Origin: Deltaproteobacteria bacterium UBA4796
GTDB taxonomy: Bacteria > Desulfobacterota > Syntrophorhabdia > Syntrophorhabdales > Syntrophorhabdaceae
Length of the DNA: 56,608 bases
Direction of reading: 5' to 3'
Assembly: GCA_002402795.1 (NCBI GenBank)
Contig: DHGO01000123.1
Span: 1 to 56,608, forward strand
Part shown: piece after piece, positions 25,369-35,204 of the stretch
Numbering within the stretch: the stretch's first letter is position 1
Layout: each line of letters opens with the position of its first letter
Notes under the pieces: model-generated
Told to the model about the DNA's origin: nothing
Databases searched by the model: none
Seen by the model: the letters and a program-made list of their open reading frames with translations, nothing else
Translations under genes and position numbers: made by a program

Positions 25369-25827
25369 TTATGCTATGTTGGATAGCTCAATATCTGCTG
25401 TAATACCACCGATTCCGCTGTTATAGATGACACATGTATTTGCAGATTTGACGACAGATATTTCTCCAATCATACCAAGTTTCATATCTTTAGGCATTAC
25501 CTTGATGAGATAGTTCGTATCCCCCTTATTATGTGTTACAGTTGCACCATTCTGCCCATCGAGCGTTACCGCCCCGGTCATAAACACTTCTCCATTACTT
25601 CCAGGCACTGCCGAGGGCCATGTAGTCTTGCCTACTCCTCCTAAAAATATCTGCATAAATGCGCCCTGTGCATATGCCTTTGAAGGACTACCTACACGGC
25701 CCGTATTATGTGATGATGGGTCCTGGATGTTTTGTGTCTGATGCGCATTAGCATTCTTATCATGGATATTATTAATGCGTTCATCAAACAGGACATATAA
25801 AACTGTGTTAGGAAATATATCAGGCAT
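25369..25827 (-). CDS. hypothetical tail-associated protein
   Basis: 152-aa ORF directly after the tail-tip gene. Confidence 0.5.
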   Translation of the reverse strand: MPDIFPNTVLYVLFDERINNIHDKNANAHQTQNIQDPSSHNTGRVGSPSKAYAQGAFMQIFLGGVGKTTWPSAVPGSNGEVFMTGAVTLDGQNGATVTHNKGDTNYLIKVMPKDMKLGMIGEISVVKSANTCVIYNSGIGGITADIELSNIA

Positions 25828-25839
25828 AATTACCTCCTT

Positions 25840-28800
25840 TTAGGAATATACTTCATCACGATATACTATTCCTCTGATTGTTGAGAACATCGTCTCAGCG
25901 CTTCGTTTAATGCTTTTTGTCCTGTATATCGTGTTGATTTCGCTCGTTTTAGCGAGGATATAATTGCATTCATAAGGTTTATTATTATCTATTGTTAACC
26001 CTGTCGGTTTTGGAACTTCCGTAATGCTGTAACCCGTAAGCACACCTTCCCAGGTATAGACAACCCCATCAGCCCCCCATACACGAAGGCGGTATGTAAC
26101 ACCGCTTTCTATTTCAATCGATTTGTCGAGTATAACCTTATCTCCTGCATCATTTGTGCCCAGTATCCTTCCACTGAAAGCAAAATCATTAACCTGTGAT
26201 TGGAAGGCAAAACAATTGCCAACTTCAACCTCAATGGATTCACTGCCTGCGTCAAATTCTATCTCATGGTCAATATAGCGGTTATACTTAAGGAGTCGTC
26301 GCAAATATCTTCTTGCCTCTGATTCACGTGTAATGCCCACAAGCGGAGAGAGGGTTTTCACGATTGGATATTCTCCGGATTGTATATCTTCTTCACTTAT
26401 TGTTTTTTCATCATAATTCAAATTTTCATCCAGATAGGCAACCACAAGCACATTTGCCCTGTCCCGTTGCGGTATTGGATAGACATGGACATTTTTGGTG
26501 TTCCCTTCACCGAATACCTGGGCAGGTGAGCTAACCGGCTTATCTATAATGATTTTATATTTATCTCCATATGGGATAATCTGAGCTGATGCCTGCTGTA
26601 CTATTCTTGTTACCAACCCCCATAAATCTTCGCTAAAATCAATCACTGCATCGAATTTATGGCGCTGTTCGCCATCTACAAGTTCATTGCAATCTGCATC
26701 AAGTTCCGCGAATGATTCCCAATCAATATGATTTGAGGTAATCCTGCCATGAGAGCCTTCAATTAATACTTTTGCGATTGTCCAGGCATAGCTATCCGTG
26801 GGCGCATAGTTTTCATAAAAGACCATAACCTGCGTATCCGCTGGTATTTCTTCCGTTGACTGCAAATATAACCTTGTTCTTGCGCCGACGATCTCCCAGG
26901 TGTGAACACGGTTGAAATATTTTGTGAGCAGCCTATCGGGCTGTGCAAAACCAGGCGAATCCATTCGCACAAGCCAATAGTAAAAAATTGACGGTGCGGA
27001 TGGGTTAGGAAGTTGTGCATCGATGAGAATCTTTCTCATACCGTCCACAAGGATATTATTAATCGTATTACCTGTGCCTGTTACTATACCTTCATCGGCA
27101 TAGACCGTTGTATCATATCTATCCCCTACTGGTGGGACTGAAAGGGGCTGTCCTATGCCGATGGCAGTGATTTTAGGACGTGAACCTGACAATCTATCTG
27201 TTGCCATAGCGGAGACGCCAATCAGGGCGTGATTTGGATATGCAAGTTCATCGGTTATGATTTCAGAATAAGTCTTCAGGAATATGTCATCACACCAATA
27301 AATGGATGTCTGGTCTACGGTTGTGCGCCATATTCTAAAGTTATATGTATCTTCTTCTAAGTCCAACAATTCAATTATCTTTGTTACCGCCTCAAGTGGA
27401 TTTGAGGCATTGCCGCTAATGGTGACTGATTGCGCCTGTACTGAGAGATAGAGAGTATCTATTGCGAAGGCGTTAATATTATGTGTACCATACGGATTCG
27501 TACAACAATCATTTGCCCAATCAATTCGCACTTGATATTTGCCGGTCGCAAGTCCTGATATGACAATATCCCATGAACCGTCTGCCAAATATCCATAGTA
27601 ACAAGCGCCAACCTCATAGGTCCCATGCAATATCCAGGAAGATGCTCCTTCTCTGCGGTAATAGACTCTATAGCGAGACCACGTGAAGGTTGTAGTCTCG
27701 TCAATTGTATGATAACTAATCAAACGAAATCTGATTGCATTTGTATCTATATTTGTGTCAAAGCCCCTCCAGATTCTTCCTGAAAATCCTGATGTATTAT
27801 CTGTGACATTCCCAGCTTGCCATGAAAAATCACCCAGGACGAGATTCCATGTCTCTTCAGTATGTTTTTTATATTGAATACGAAAGACAACATCTCTCGC
27901 CTGCGGAGAACTGCCTACTATTTCGTATAGACCACGAGGCGCAGATATAACTAATCTGCAACCTGTGATGTCTTTTTTCGATGTGAATGCAATATAATTT
28001 GTGGGGTTATCTGCGCTGGCATCATATTGGACTTTAGCGCCCGATAAATATTGAGTATATATTTTTCTGAATGTATCGATAATGGTCTGCTCATCATCTC
28101 CAGGGCGCAAAGCAACCTGTACCTGGCCATAATATTGACTTTCTGTATCATTAATACAAACATCGTCAAATCTTGTAATGCGATGCGCTACAGGACATAT
28201 AAGCATATTCAGATATTCATTATTGTTTGCATCGTACGATACATGCTCGGATATAATCTGTCCGCCCACTTTCATTGTCCCGAATAGCCAGGGCTTTGCA
28301 AGTCCAGGTCGATGGTCGTTAACAACGCCATCCCAGGTATAATGGCGCGAATCCTTGAGGTTGTTATCCCAGCCTGAGAGGGAAGGCATTTCAGGGGATG
28401 GTATAGGAAAAAGCGAATCAACAACCATGCTGCCAACAATCGATATTGCCATAGATGCGCCTATGGCGCCTGCAAGCGCCCAGCCTCCAAGGCTTGCAAG
28501 GTTTGCCCATCCTGCAATGCCTGCACCAGCCAGCATGGGTGGAAAAACAAAGGCAGCAACAGCAGTAAGAAGTCCGCCAATTGCCCTGCCAACACTTCCA
28601 CCGCCTGCTATAGGAAGTATTTCTCCTCCGTCTGCCTTATATCGATAAAAAGAGATTATTACATGATCATATTTTTTTAGTTTTGATAAGACTACTCCTT
28701 TATTTTCATCACATCGCAAAAGCTGCATATCAGGCGTAATTACTCCAAGATGCAACCCTATATTAGAGCGCATCAGGGCAACCGCATATGGTTCAGGATT

Positions 28801-29022
28801 AACAATCTTTTCCCAGTTTGCTCCTTCCTTTTGAACCAATTCGGCAGATAATTCCATTTCATTTCTTATTGGAAGGGTAATATTAATGCCTTTATAGACC
28901 TCACGGACAAGACCATAGCAGTTCAAGCCTTTTGAGCGGGCCTGGCCGCCCAAGGCATAAGATATGCCTATGAGATTTGCCCAATCTTTATGTGTTTCGG
29001 CTATGATTTCACGTCTATACAT
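25840..29022 (-). CDS. tail-tip protein: NlpC/P60 domain + Gly/Ala-rich hydrophobic linker + gpJ-like host-specificity region
   Basis: N-terminus has GLNCYGLV (Cys) and LHLGVI (His) of the NlpC/P60 type. Residues around 140-205 are a GGGSVGRAIGG...AGAIGASMAI hydrophobic stretch. The rest has FGTMKVGGQII, as in the gpJ N-terminus. 1060 aa. Confidence 0.6.
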   Translation of the reverse strand: MYRREIIAETHKDWANLIGISYALGGQARSKGLNCYGLVREVYKGINITLPIRNEMELSAELVQKEGANWEKIVNPEPYAVALMRSNIGLHLGVITPDMQLLRCDENKGVVLSKLKKYDHVIISFYRYKADGGEILPIAGGGSVGRAIGGLLTAVAAFVFPPMLAGAGIAGWANLASLGGWALAGAIGASMAISIVGSMVVDSLFPIPSPEMPSLSGWDNNLKDSRHYTWDGVVNDHRPGLAKPWLFGTMKVGGQIISEHVSYDANNNEYLNMLICPVAHRITRFDDVCINDTESQYYGQVQVALRPGDDEQTIIDTFRKIYTQYLSGAKVQYDASADNPTNYIAFTSKKDITGCRLVISAPRGLYEIVGSSPQARDVVFRIQYKKHTEETWNLVLGDFSWQAGNVTDNTSGFSGRIWRGFDTNIDTNAIRFRLISYHTIDETTTFTWSRYRVYYRREGASSWILHGTYEVGACYYGYLADGSWDIVISGLATGKYQVRIDWANDCCTNPYGTHNINAFAIDTLYLSVQAQSVTISGNASNPLEAVTKIIELLDLEEDTYNFRIWRTTVDQTSIYWCDDIFLKTYSEIITDELAYPNHALIGVSAMATDRLSGSRPKITAIGIGQPLSVPPVGDRYDTTVYADEGIVTGTGNTINNILVDGMRKILIDAQLPNPSAPSIFYYWLVRMDSPGFAQPDRLLTKYFNRVHTWEIVGARTRLYLQSTEEIPADTQVMVFYENYAPTDSYAWTIAKVLIEGSHGRITSNHIDWESFAELDADCNELVDGEQRHKFDAVIDFSEDLWGLVTRIVQQASAQIIPYGDKYKIIIDKPVSSPAQVFGEGNTKNVHVYPIPQRDRANVLVVAYLDENLNYDEKTISEEDIQSGEYPIVKTLSPLVGITRESEARRYLRRLLKYNRYIDHEIEFDAGSESIEVEVGNCFAFQSQVNDFAFSGRILGTNDAGDKVILDKSIEIESGVTYRLRVWGADGVVYTWEGVLTGYSITEVPKPTGLTIDNNKPYECNYILAKTSEINTIYRTKSIKRSAETMFSTIRGIVYRDEVYS

Positions 29023-29650
29023 AGCCCACGCCTCCCGGTATGCCGGGAAAAGAGTTCAATCTCAAGACATTCCCGTGCCTTTTACAGTCCACTCTATTAT
29101 GATTGCATGTATCCGGACTGCCTGCTACAAATCCTACGGGCTGAATATATGTGCCGTCTGACTTTTGAATCCAGCAGCCCTTGCCTTTATAGCGGTTCCA
29201 GCAGAAATCAGTAATGAATTTTTCATGCAATAGCTTTGCAAGAAATGGATTGAATATACCGACGCTCAGGGCAATTGACTGTTCTGAAATATCATCTATC
29301 CCTATGATCTCAAGGGTCTCTTCATAAATTATTGTATCGTTCTCAATGCTGTATTGTTTGAAGGTTACAGAGTATCCTTCTACCTCGCGGGAGGTTTTGA
29401 ATTTATCGGAAAGCATTCCTTCTATGTTCGAGATTATCAGCCTCATTGTTGAAACCTGGCCGCTTGAATCTTCCCGAAGCTCCTCAAGCATCACAGGGAA
29501 AGGTATATATATATTGCCATTGACTTCAATTTCTTCAGGGTTTGGACTAAGATAATATGTGCCATCATCAAGGGTGATTTCAAATAATGCAACCCATGTG
29601 GATGGCTTATTGAATTTGAGGTGCTCATTGTCTGGAATTGTGCGTGGCAT
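29015..29650 (-). CDS. minor tail protein, lambda gpL / BR0599-like
   Basis: 211 aa with a Cys-rich C-terminus (CWNRYKGKGCW...DTCNHNRVDCKRHGN) ending in FPGIPG. Position after the gpM-like gene. Confidence 0.55.
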   Translation of the reverse strand: MPRTIPDNEHLKFNKPSTWVALFEITLDDGTYYLSPNPEEIEVNGNIYIPFPVMLEELREDSSGQVSTMRLIISNIEGMLSDKFKTSREVEGYSVTFKQYSIENDTIIYEETLEIIGIDDISEQSIALSVGIFNPFLAKLLHEKFITDFCWNRYKGKGCWIQKSDGTYIQPVGFVAGSPDTCNHNRVDCKRHGNVLRLNSFPGIPGGVGYV

Positions 29651-29662
29651 ATTTTTCCTTTT

Positions 29663-30082
29663 TTAATCCGTTGGAGGTGTCCCAACGACTTCTGAACCCA
29701 TGGATTCAAAGGTAAGGCTGCATGTCCATAGGAAACCAGGATGTTTGGGGTCCTCTGCCATTTCATCACTGGTTATAAGACACAGGATGCCAATCGGATA
29801 TATCTTACCATCTGGTTTTGGTTTCATAGATGTAGGAAAAATAAAATAGAAAGTCTCTGATTTATACTCATCGATAAAGGCGGCCAGAAGGTTCTTTTCT
29901 GCATCTGTAAGCATCTCAAATTCTATCTGTATTTTATATTGTACTGTTGGGGATTGCTCTCTTTGCTGTATATAGCCCGCTGGCGTGCGAAGCCTTACCT
30001 TAGGCATAACCTTCGTAACTTTATACCCACCAAATGGAATTATGGGCAATTCATATTCTATATTATCAAGCACGCCGCTCAT
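29663..30082 (-). CDS. minor/distal tail protein (gpM-like position)
   Basis: 139 aa, immediately downstream of the tape-measure gene with a 4-nt overlap. Confidence 0.45.
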   Translation of the reverse strand: MSGVLDNIEYELPIIPFGGYKVTKVMPKVRLRTPAGYIQQREQSPTVQYKIQIEFEMLTDAEKNLLAAFIDEYKSETFYFIFPTSMKPKPDGKIYPIGILCLITSDEMAEDPKHPGFLWTCSLTFESMGSEVVGTPPTD

Positions 30083-32667
30083 GATTTGCCTCCTGTTTGT
30101 AGAAAATTCCTAAATTGTTTATCCTCTTTGACCTTACGAACAACGGTAGATATGACAAGCTGGTCAAGGTCAAACTTGACATCAGGATTTTCATCTATCT
30201 CAAGCCTTGTGCCTGATTCATTCTTTAATTCAACCTTCACATTCATAGGGCTTGCTCCACGTGCCATGAGACCTAAAGCCTTCATCTGGTTCTTGGTAAA
30301 GATTGATTCGCCTTTTTGCAGGATGGCTGCATATTCATCCGAGGCCAGGCCAGTATGATGGCGGGGGGCATGAGCAAAGGCAAAATTAGAAACAATCCTA
30401 TAGAAAGTTGGATTATCATGGCCTATTACACCACCTTTGTGATGAGCGGGGGCAAGAAATGAAAAGGTCTTTCCAAAACTTTCATACGCAGCGGCATTGG
30501 ATGCACCTGTTGCACCTGTTGCGCCAAAAAGGCCGCTTATACCGCCTATAATCGCACCTGATACCTGCTGACCTAATGCGCTTGCTATCGCCCTTCGGAC
30601 ACTTTTTGAAAAACTTTCTATATAATCAGATAGGTCTTTCAATTTTGCATCAAATGCATCAAAGAAAAAATCAGTAAATGCCTGTTCCATAGCCTCTGCG
30701 GTTTCTTTCGCAATCTCTTTTGCGGTTTGGAATGTTGAATTCAAGTTATAGAGAAATTCGTTGAACCCCCTTAAGGCGCCTTCGGCAAATGTACCTGTCA
30801 GCTCTGTCAGGGTTAGATTGAGTTCGTTAAGATGAGTATTTATATCACTGATCTTATCCTCTGCCTGAATCCTTGCTGTAATGTCTCCAATCTCTATCGC
30901 ACGATCCCTTATTGATTCGTAATATGTAAGAAGCTTTTGATATTCTGCAATACGACCTTTTGTAATGTCCGTTTTTGATAAAAACATCTCCTTTTCAGCC
31001 ATGTCAAGGATGGCAAGCCGGCGTCTGGATTCAGATTCAAGAATGGCGAGATTATAGTCCTCATTAATCTTTTCTCTTTCGCGAGCGCCTTTTTCTTCTA
31101 TTTCCGTAAGGCGATTTTGGTATTCCTCATATGACATTTCAGTTGTTTGCCATATCTCAAGAAGTTCTTGCGTCAATTTTGTTTCTTCCTGAATGCTTTT
31201 TTGAATTCTATTCAGTCTTTCATCAGCTGTAGATGTTTCGAGTTCGTTCGCAAGCGCTGTATATCTTTTCTCTCCTTCCTCCCGTTTTTTTAAATATTCT
31301 TCATATTCCTTCCACTGTTTTTCCCATTGAACCTGTTCTGTCATCTTTTGTAACCAGGTATTAATTTCTGATATTGTGCCAGGAATATTTTTAAACTTTT
31401 GTTTCATATCCTCTGCTTTATTTGTAATTTCAAGCACTTTCTGATCAAATTCATCAAGCCCTGCTTTTGAAATATCAGTTTGAAGATCGCGCCTGGTTTT
31501 TCCCCACTCTTCACCAAGCTTCTTCAGGTTGTTTTTCACTGCGTCAATATCTTTTTTCCCAGTAGGCGCTATAGTGTTTGTAAGCCTGGCAGTCTGGCCT
31601 GCCGCACTCTGGATAGCACGCGTGCCCATATCGCTTAAATATTGCTCCGAGGCTTTGTATCGGGCTTCAAGCGTTTTGTTCAATTCATCCATCCGCTTGC
31701 CAAACGATGTGAAGGGACCGCCCGAAACAACATAACCTATGGTCGTCAGCGTCCCTCCTACCTTATCAAGAACCATACTGAACGCTACCAATATTGCAAT
31801 CGCACCTCTGACTGAATCTGCAAGCTCAAATGCCCACTCTGATGAAACTCCCGACCTGGACATGTCTGCAAGTTGCCTATCCAGTACCTTTAGACTTTCC
31901 GTAAATTCACTCACCACAACCCCTAACGCAGGGGAGATCATGTCGCCTAATTTTAGTTTTACCTCTTCGATATATCTTGGAAGCGATGTAAGCTGTTTCC
32001 CTGTTGTCTCCATAGCGGCTTCATATGCGCCCTGTATATCCTTGCCCCTTTCCAGGACAGCATTCATGCGTATCTGAGCCTTTTCATTCTCTGTCAGAGC
32101 TTCTGTAGTCTTCCCCATCTGTTCAGCAGCTCTGGCATAAGCATTTTCAAAATTGACATTGATGCCTATGGTTCGGAGCATTTCTACTTGAGCAGATTGG
32201 ATGCCGTATACCATGCGCTCTAAGGCTTCAGAAGAGTTAACGTTGCCTATCACAGCCGCGTCCTGGGCAACACGAGCCAGTTCAGATGCCTTTGTAAGGT
32301 CAAGGTGCGCCTGTGCCATGCGAATAATGCTTTCCCTCGATTCCTGTGTCGTAATCCCCATTTTTCGGACTTCTTCAGAAAAGGCTGCAACCTCTTCCTG
32401 CGAATATCCTGCATTTCTTCCCACAACACCCATGACAATACCAAGGGTTTCTACTCTTGCGGATAGTGTGGCTATATCCAATGCTTTATAGACAGCAGCC
32501 ATTGCGCTTGCTATTGTGGCTGTCAATCCGAGCCAATGGCTTTTTATGCTGGAGACAACGCTGGCATTTACACCAGAAAGCCTTTGCATTTCGCCAGAGA
32601 CGCTTTGGAATGCCTGTTTAGTGTTGTTAATTGCGGTAATTGTAAGCTGTACTTTATTGTCAGCCAT
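30079..32667 (-). CDS. tail tape-measure protein
   Basis: 862 aa, long helical/coiled-coil protein with Gly-rich hydrophobic segments. Canonical position after the chaperone pair. Confidence 0.8.
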   Translation of the reverse strand: MADNKVQLTITAINNTKQAFQSVSGEMQRLSGVNASVVSSIKSHWLGLTATIASAMAAVYKALDIATLSARVETLGIVMGVVGRNAGYSQEEVAAFSEEVRKMGITTQESRESIIRMAQAHLDLTKASELARVAQDAAVIGNVNSSEALERMVYGIQSAQVEMLRTIGINVNFENAYARAAEQMGKTTEALTENEKAQIRMNAVLERGKDIQGAYEAAMETTGKQLTSLPRYIEEVKLKLGDMISPALGVVVSEFTESLKVLDRQLADMSRSGVSSEWAFELADSVRGAIAILVAFSMVLDKVGGTLTTIGYVVSGGPFTSFGKRMDELNKTLEARYKASEQYLSDMGTRAIQSAAGQTARLTNTIAPTGKKDIDAVKNNLKKLGEEWGKTRRDLQTDISKAGLDEFDQKVLEITNKAEDMKQKFKNIPGTISEINTWLQKMTEQVQWEKQWKEYEEYLKKREEGEKRYTALANELETSTADERLNRIQKSIQEETKLTQELLEIWQTTEMSYEEYQNRLTEIEEKGAREREKINEDYNLAILESESRRRLAILDMAEKEMFLSKTDITKGRIAEYQKLLTYYESIRDRAIEIGDITARIQAEDKISDINTHLNELNLTLTELTGTFAEGALRGFNEFLYNLNSTFQTAKEIAKETAEAMEQAFTDFFFDAFDAKLKDLSDYIESFSKSVRRAIASALGQQVSGAIIGGISGLFGATGATGASNAAAYESFGKTFSFLAPAHHKGGVIGHDNPTFYRIVSNFAFAHAPRHHTGLASDEYAAILQKGESIFTKNQMKALGLMARGASPMNVKVELKNESGTRLEIDENPDVKFDLDQLVISTVVRKVKEDKQFRNFLQTGGKS

Positions 32668-33273
32668 GCGTTATCCTGTCCTCACATTCCTTTCGGCATA
32701 TTGCACACACATCCGGATGGTGGCATCTTTTATGCTTTTCCTTCTGTCCTTTATCTTCCTTCACAAAAAACCCTATCACTCCCTCTCTGAATATTACATC
32801 CCGTCTTCTGTACTCGACATATTTTTCGCATTCTCTGAAGGTATATCCCCATTCGATTTCGTCTCTTTTTGTGATGTCTCCTCCTGCGAGAAAACAGACG
32901 AACTCATCGATGATTGAATCGCCTGACTCTGTATCTTTACGATTGCCCCGGTCAGCCTCTCCAAAACTGAGGCTATCGGGTTCAAGTCGAAAAAATCTTC
33001 TACTATCTGAATTGCAGTTTCTATATTGACCGCTTCTTCAAACTCTTCGGACAGGGCATTGATGTCTTTATCTTTTAGCCTCATCCCCTCTGGGGTCAAG
33101 ATAATTGCAAACACGCCAGGAAGTTCTTCTGCAAGAAGGGAAACTAATTCTGGTATATCAATATTGCCTGGAATTTTTAGATGACCTATAGCATGTGTTA
33201 ACTGTTTGATCTGTCCTATGACAAGAGGCTTCAGTATCCATCTCTTTCCATTAATTTCATATACATATTTCAT
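32660..33273 (-). CDS. tail assembly chaperone -1 frameshift product (gpGT-like)
   Basis: The -1 frame is open from the slippery site (32995-32989) to a TGA at 32662-32660, overlapping the tape-measure ATG at 32667. It exactly fills the 126-nt gap after the gpG-like stop. My translation of the extension: FFRLEPDSLSFGEADRGNRKDTESGDSIIDEFVCFLAGGDITKRDEIEWGYTFRECEKYVEYRRRDVIFREGVIGFFVKEDKGQKEKHKRCHHPDVCAICRKECEDRITHG. Confidence 0.6.
32794..33273 (-). CDS. tail assembly chaperone (gpG-like)
   Basis: 159 aa and acidic, between the major tail and tape-measure genes. Contains the slippery heptamer T_TTT_TTC at codons 93-95. Confidence 0.7.
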   Translation of the reverse strand: MKYVYEINGKRWILKPLVIGQIKQLTHAIGHLKIPGNIDIPELVSLLAEELPGVFAIILTPEGMRLKDKDINALSEEFEEAVNIETAIQIVEDFFDLNPIASVLERLTGAIVKIQSQAIQSSMSSSVFSQEETSQKETKSNGDIPSENAKNMSSTEDGM

Positions 33274-33289
33274 AGTCCCTCCGAATTTC

Positions 33290-34210
33290 TTATGTAAATA
33301 CTATTGAAAGTTCATCATCTCCTGCATTTCTATTGAGCTGGCAGGTAATTCCGAGATTTCTTAGCCCTTCTTTGACATCATCAGAAATAGCTGTATATTG
33401 AACTTTAGGCGCTGTGATGGTGCAGACGTTTCCTGCCGAGCCCGTTAAAGCAAGGCTGAGGGCGCCTTCATTGCCTGAACGCAGCTTCCCATAGAAATCA
33501 TATGTAGCCACAAGCACAGCTTCAGGGTCTATTGTCATGGATGGTTTTCTATTTGTGATGACTGCGCTCTTATAACCGCTTGCGCTATTTATGTCTTTTC
33601 TCAGGGCCACTGCATTATTCATATTAATTTCGAGGGCGCCGATTAAGGCGGAATAGGAATCAATCGTCAATGTTGCAGCAAGAAAGGCAATGGGCTTTGT
33701 GGATTCATAGGTTACATCTGCAAGCATAGTTACATCTGTAACAGAGAAATCAGCGCCTGTGAATTCAAAATGCAGCCATCCAGGGGCGCCATCTTCTAAT
33801 TTAAGGCTTACGTTCCCCCTCGCCCCCCATATCTTTTTCATAATCCCGTCTTCATACGATGCGATGGTAATAGAACTTATGCTTGTGGAGGCAGGTTTAT
33901 ATGTAACTGATGTGTTTGCCGAAACGGTTTCGCCAAATCCACATGCCTTCAATAACGCGCCCAATGCCGGGGCTGTGCCTTTAGTTCCTGAGCCTTTAAG
34001 CTCAACATCAAATTCCATCTTTGCAGACCTTGCGCCAGGTATGGGTGCCCAGGGGGATAAGGATGCTGATACATTTGGCCTTTCTCCCGCTGGAGTATCT
34101 GGCGTAAATTTAAAATTAGCCGCAAGAAAGGCTTCTGTTTTGGTAAGGGCCTCTGCCTGTCCTTCGGTTCCTTCAATTTTTGCTGCTAATTGTGTTCTCG
34201 CCTCTATCAT
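33290..34210 (-). CDS. major tail (tube) protein
   Basis: 306 aa, in the position preceding the chaperone/tape-measure genes. Strong RBS AAAAGGAGGTAACAA. Confidence 0.6.
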   Translation of the reverse strand: MIEARTQLAAKIEGTEGQAEALTKTEAFLAANFKFTPDTPAGERPNVSASLSPWAPIPGARSAKMEFDVELKGSGTKGTAPALGALLKACGFGETVSANTSVTYKPASTSISSITIASYEDGIMKKIWGARGNVSLKLEDGAPGWLHFEFTGADFSVTDVTMLADVTYESTKPIAFLAATLTIDSYSALIGALEINMNNAVALRKDINSASGYKSAVITNRKPSMTIDPEAVLVATYDFYGKLRSGNEGALSLALTGSAGNVCTITAPKVQYTAISDDVKEGLRNLGITCQLNRNAGDDELSIVFT

Positions 34211-34331
34211 TTGTTACCTCCTTTTTATCCTGTTTTTTTGTTTTTGCCTTGTAATTCTTATATTCCTCTTCTGTCATCTCTTTACCATCAACGATATATT
34301 TTGTTTCGCCTGTATTCCATCTATCTTCCAT
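34173..34331 (-). CDS. possible small protein (52 aa), below the ORF-track cutoff
   Basis: ATG 34331 is preceded by AAGGAGGTAAC. Reads MEDRWNTGETKYIVDGKEMTEEEYKNYKAKTKKQDKKEVTNDRGENTISSKN. The 3' end overlaps the major tail gene start. Confidence 0.4.
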   Translation of the reverse strand: MEDRWNTGETKYIVDGKEMTEEEYKNYKAKTKKQDKKEVTNDRGENTISSKN

Positions 34332-34355
34332 GTTACCTCCTTTTTCTCCTTACTT

Positions 34356-34793
34356 TTAATCAGGGACAGGCACACTAAGATAGCGCCTTGTCTGTATCTT
34401 GATGCTGTATGTAATTAATCCATTGTCATAATCCACAAAATCTCTGGACATACAGGTCCATGGTTCAATATCATCTATACCTAATCTCTTGCCATTTATC
34501 GCCTGCTCAACTGCTTCAAGCAAGACATAGGAATCACGGGCTGCCTGCTCTTCTGGCCTTAGAGATAGATTGCGGCACATAATGACTATCTCAAAATTAA
34601 GAGTATAAACAGGGCGGGGCTTTGACCTTGTGTTACTGTCTCCAACAAAATATACGAGAGCGCACGGATACGTAAGGGGAGTTGGTGGACCTTTTCTTCC
34701 CAGAGAGCCTACATAAGTAAACAAATTTATCCCATCTTCCTTCAATGCTTCAATGGTTGAAATTAATTTATCTTCTATGTCTGCTATGTTCAT
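34356..34793 (-). CDS. Mu gp37-like (DUF1834-type) head-tail/tail completion protein
   Basis: 145 aa. The N-terminus IADIEDKLISTIEALK resembles the gp37 family as I recall it. Position just upstream of the tail tube gene. Confidence 0.45.
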   Translation of the reverse strand: MNIADIEDKLISTIEALKEDGINLFTYVGSLGRKGPPTPLTYPCALVYFVGDSNTRSKPRPVYTLNFEIVIMCRNLSLRPEEQAARDSYVLLEAVEQAINGKRLGIDDIEPWTCMSRDFVDYDNGLITYSIKIQTRRYLSVPVPD

Positions 34794-34814
34794 TCAGCCC
34801 CCTTGTTACCTGTG

Positions 34815-35066
34815 TTACCTGTTCTCAAGTATCAGCATATATTGCATAAGCTTTAGCATGTCTTCGTATACCATACAGCACAAGCTCCGCTCTTTCTCAT
34901 CTACTTCGGCAGTAAATCCGCAGTGCCAGCCATATTCAAGGGTTGGTCTTTCTAATTTCGCCCCACTTCCCCTCAGGCTTGCGCACCCTGAAAGGAGCAT
35001 TAGGGTTATCAGTAAGACTATTAAGCTCCTTTGTAAGTTCAATGAGCCTCGCCTCCATTTCTTCAT
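34815..35066 (-). CDS. o-spanin (outer-membrane lipoprotein), overlapped architecture
   Basis: From the internal Met: MKKWRRGSLNLQRSLIVLLITLMLLSGC, a signal peptide plus lipobox LSGC. Starts inside the i-spanin gene in another frame and ends beyond it. Confidence 0.65.
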   Translation of the reverse strand: MKKWRRGSLNLQRSLIVLLITLMLLSGCASLRGSGAKLERPTLEYGWHCGFTAEVDEKERSLCCMVYEDMLKLMQYMLILENR

Positions 35067-35202
35067 ATATCTCCTCTTCTTTCTTCTTTGCGCCTGTCTC
35101 TTTGCCTTTTTTGTAGATAAAGAAGATGAAGACAGCAATCAAGATAACAATACCGAAACAACCTGATATTTTCGCTATCCCTAAGAGGCCTGCAATGTCC
35201 AT
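34936..35202 (-). CDS. i-spanin (N-terminal TM + coiled coil)
   Basis: 88 aa with a hydrophobic N-terminus (GCFGIVILIAVFIFFI) and then a charged helical region. Follows the holin. Confidence 0.6.
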   Translation of the reverse strand: MDIAGLLGIAKISGCFGIVILIAVFIFFIYKKGKETGAKKKEEEIYEEMEARLIELTKELNSLTDNPNAPFRVRKPEGKWGEIRKTNP

Positions 35203-35204
35203 GA

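Noticed and set aside
32865-32871. CAAAAAG in the chaperone gene as the frameshift site
   Set aside because: The P-site codon would re-pair poorly. The canonical T_TTT_TTC heptamer lies 118 nt upstream, within the already open -1 frame.
33759-34418. Long antisense ORFs in the track (for example 33759-34418, 37484-38128, 44884-45369, 45724-46314, 51120-51572, 2360-2776, 5253-5666)
   Set aside because: They lie opposite clearly coding genes with recognisable motifs. They have low-complexity or Cys/Leu/Ser-rich translations and no RBS context, so I treat them as shadow ORFs.
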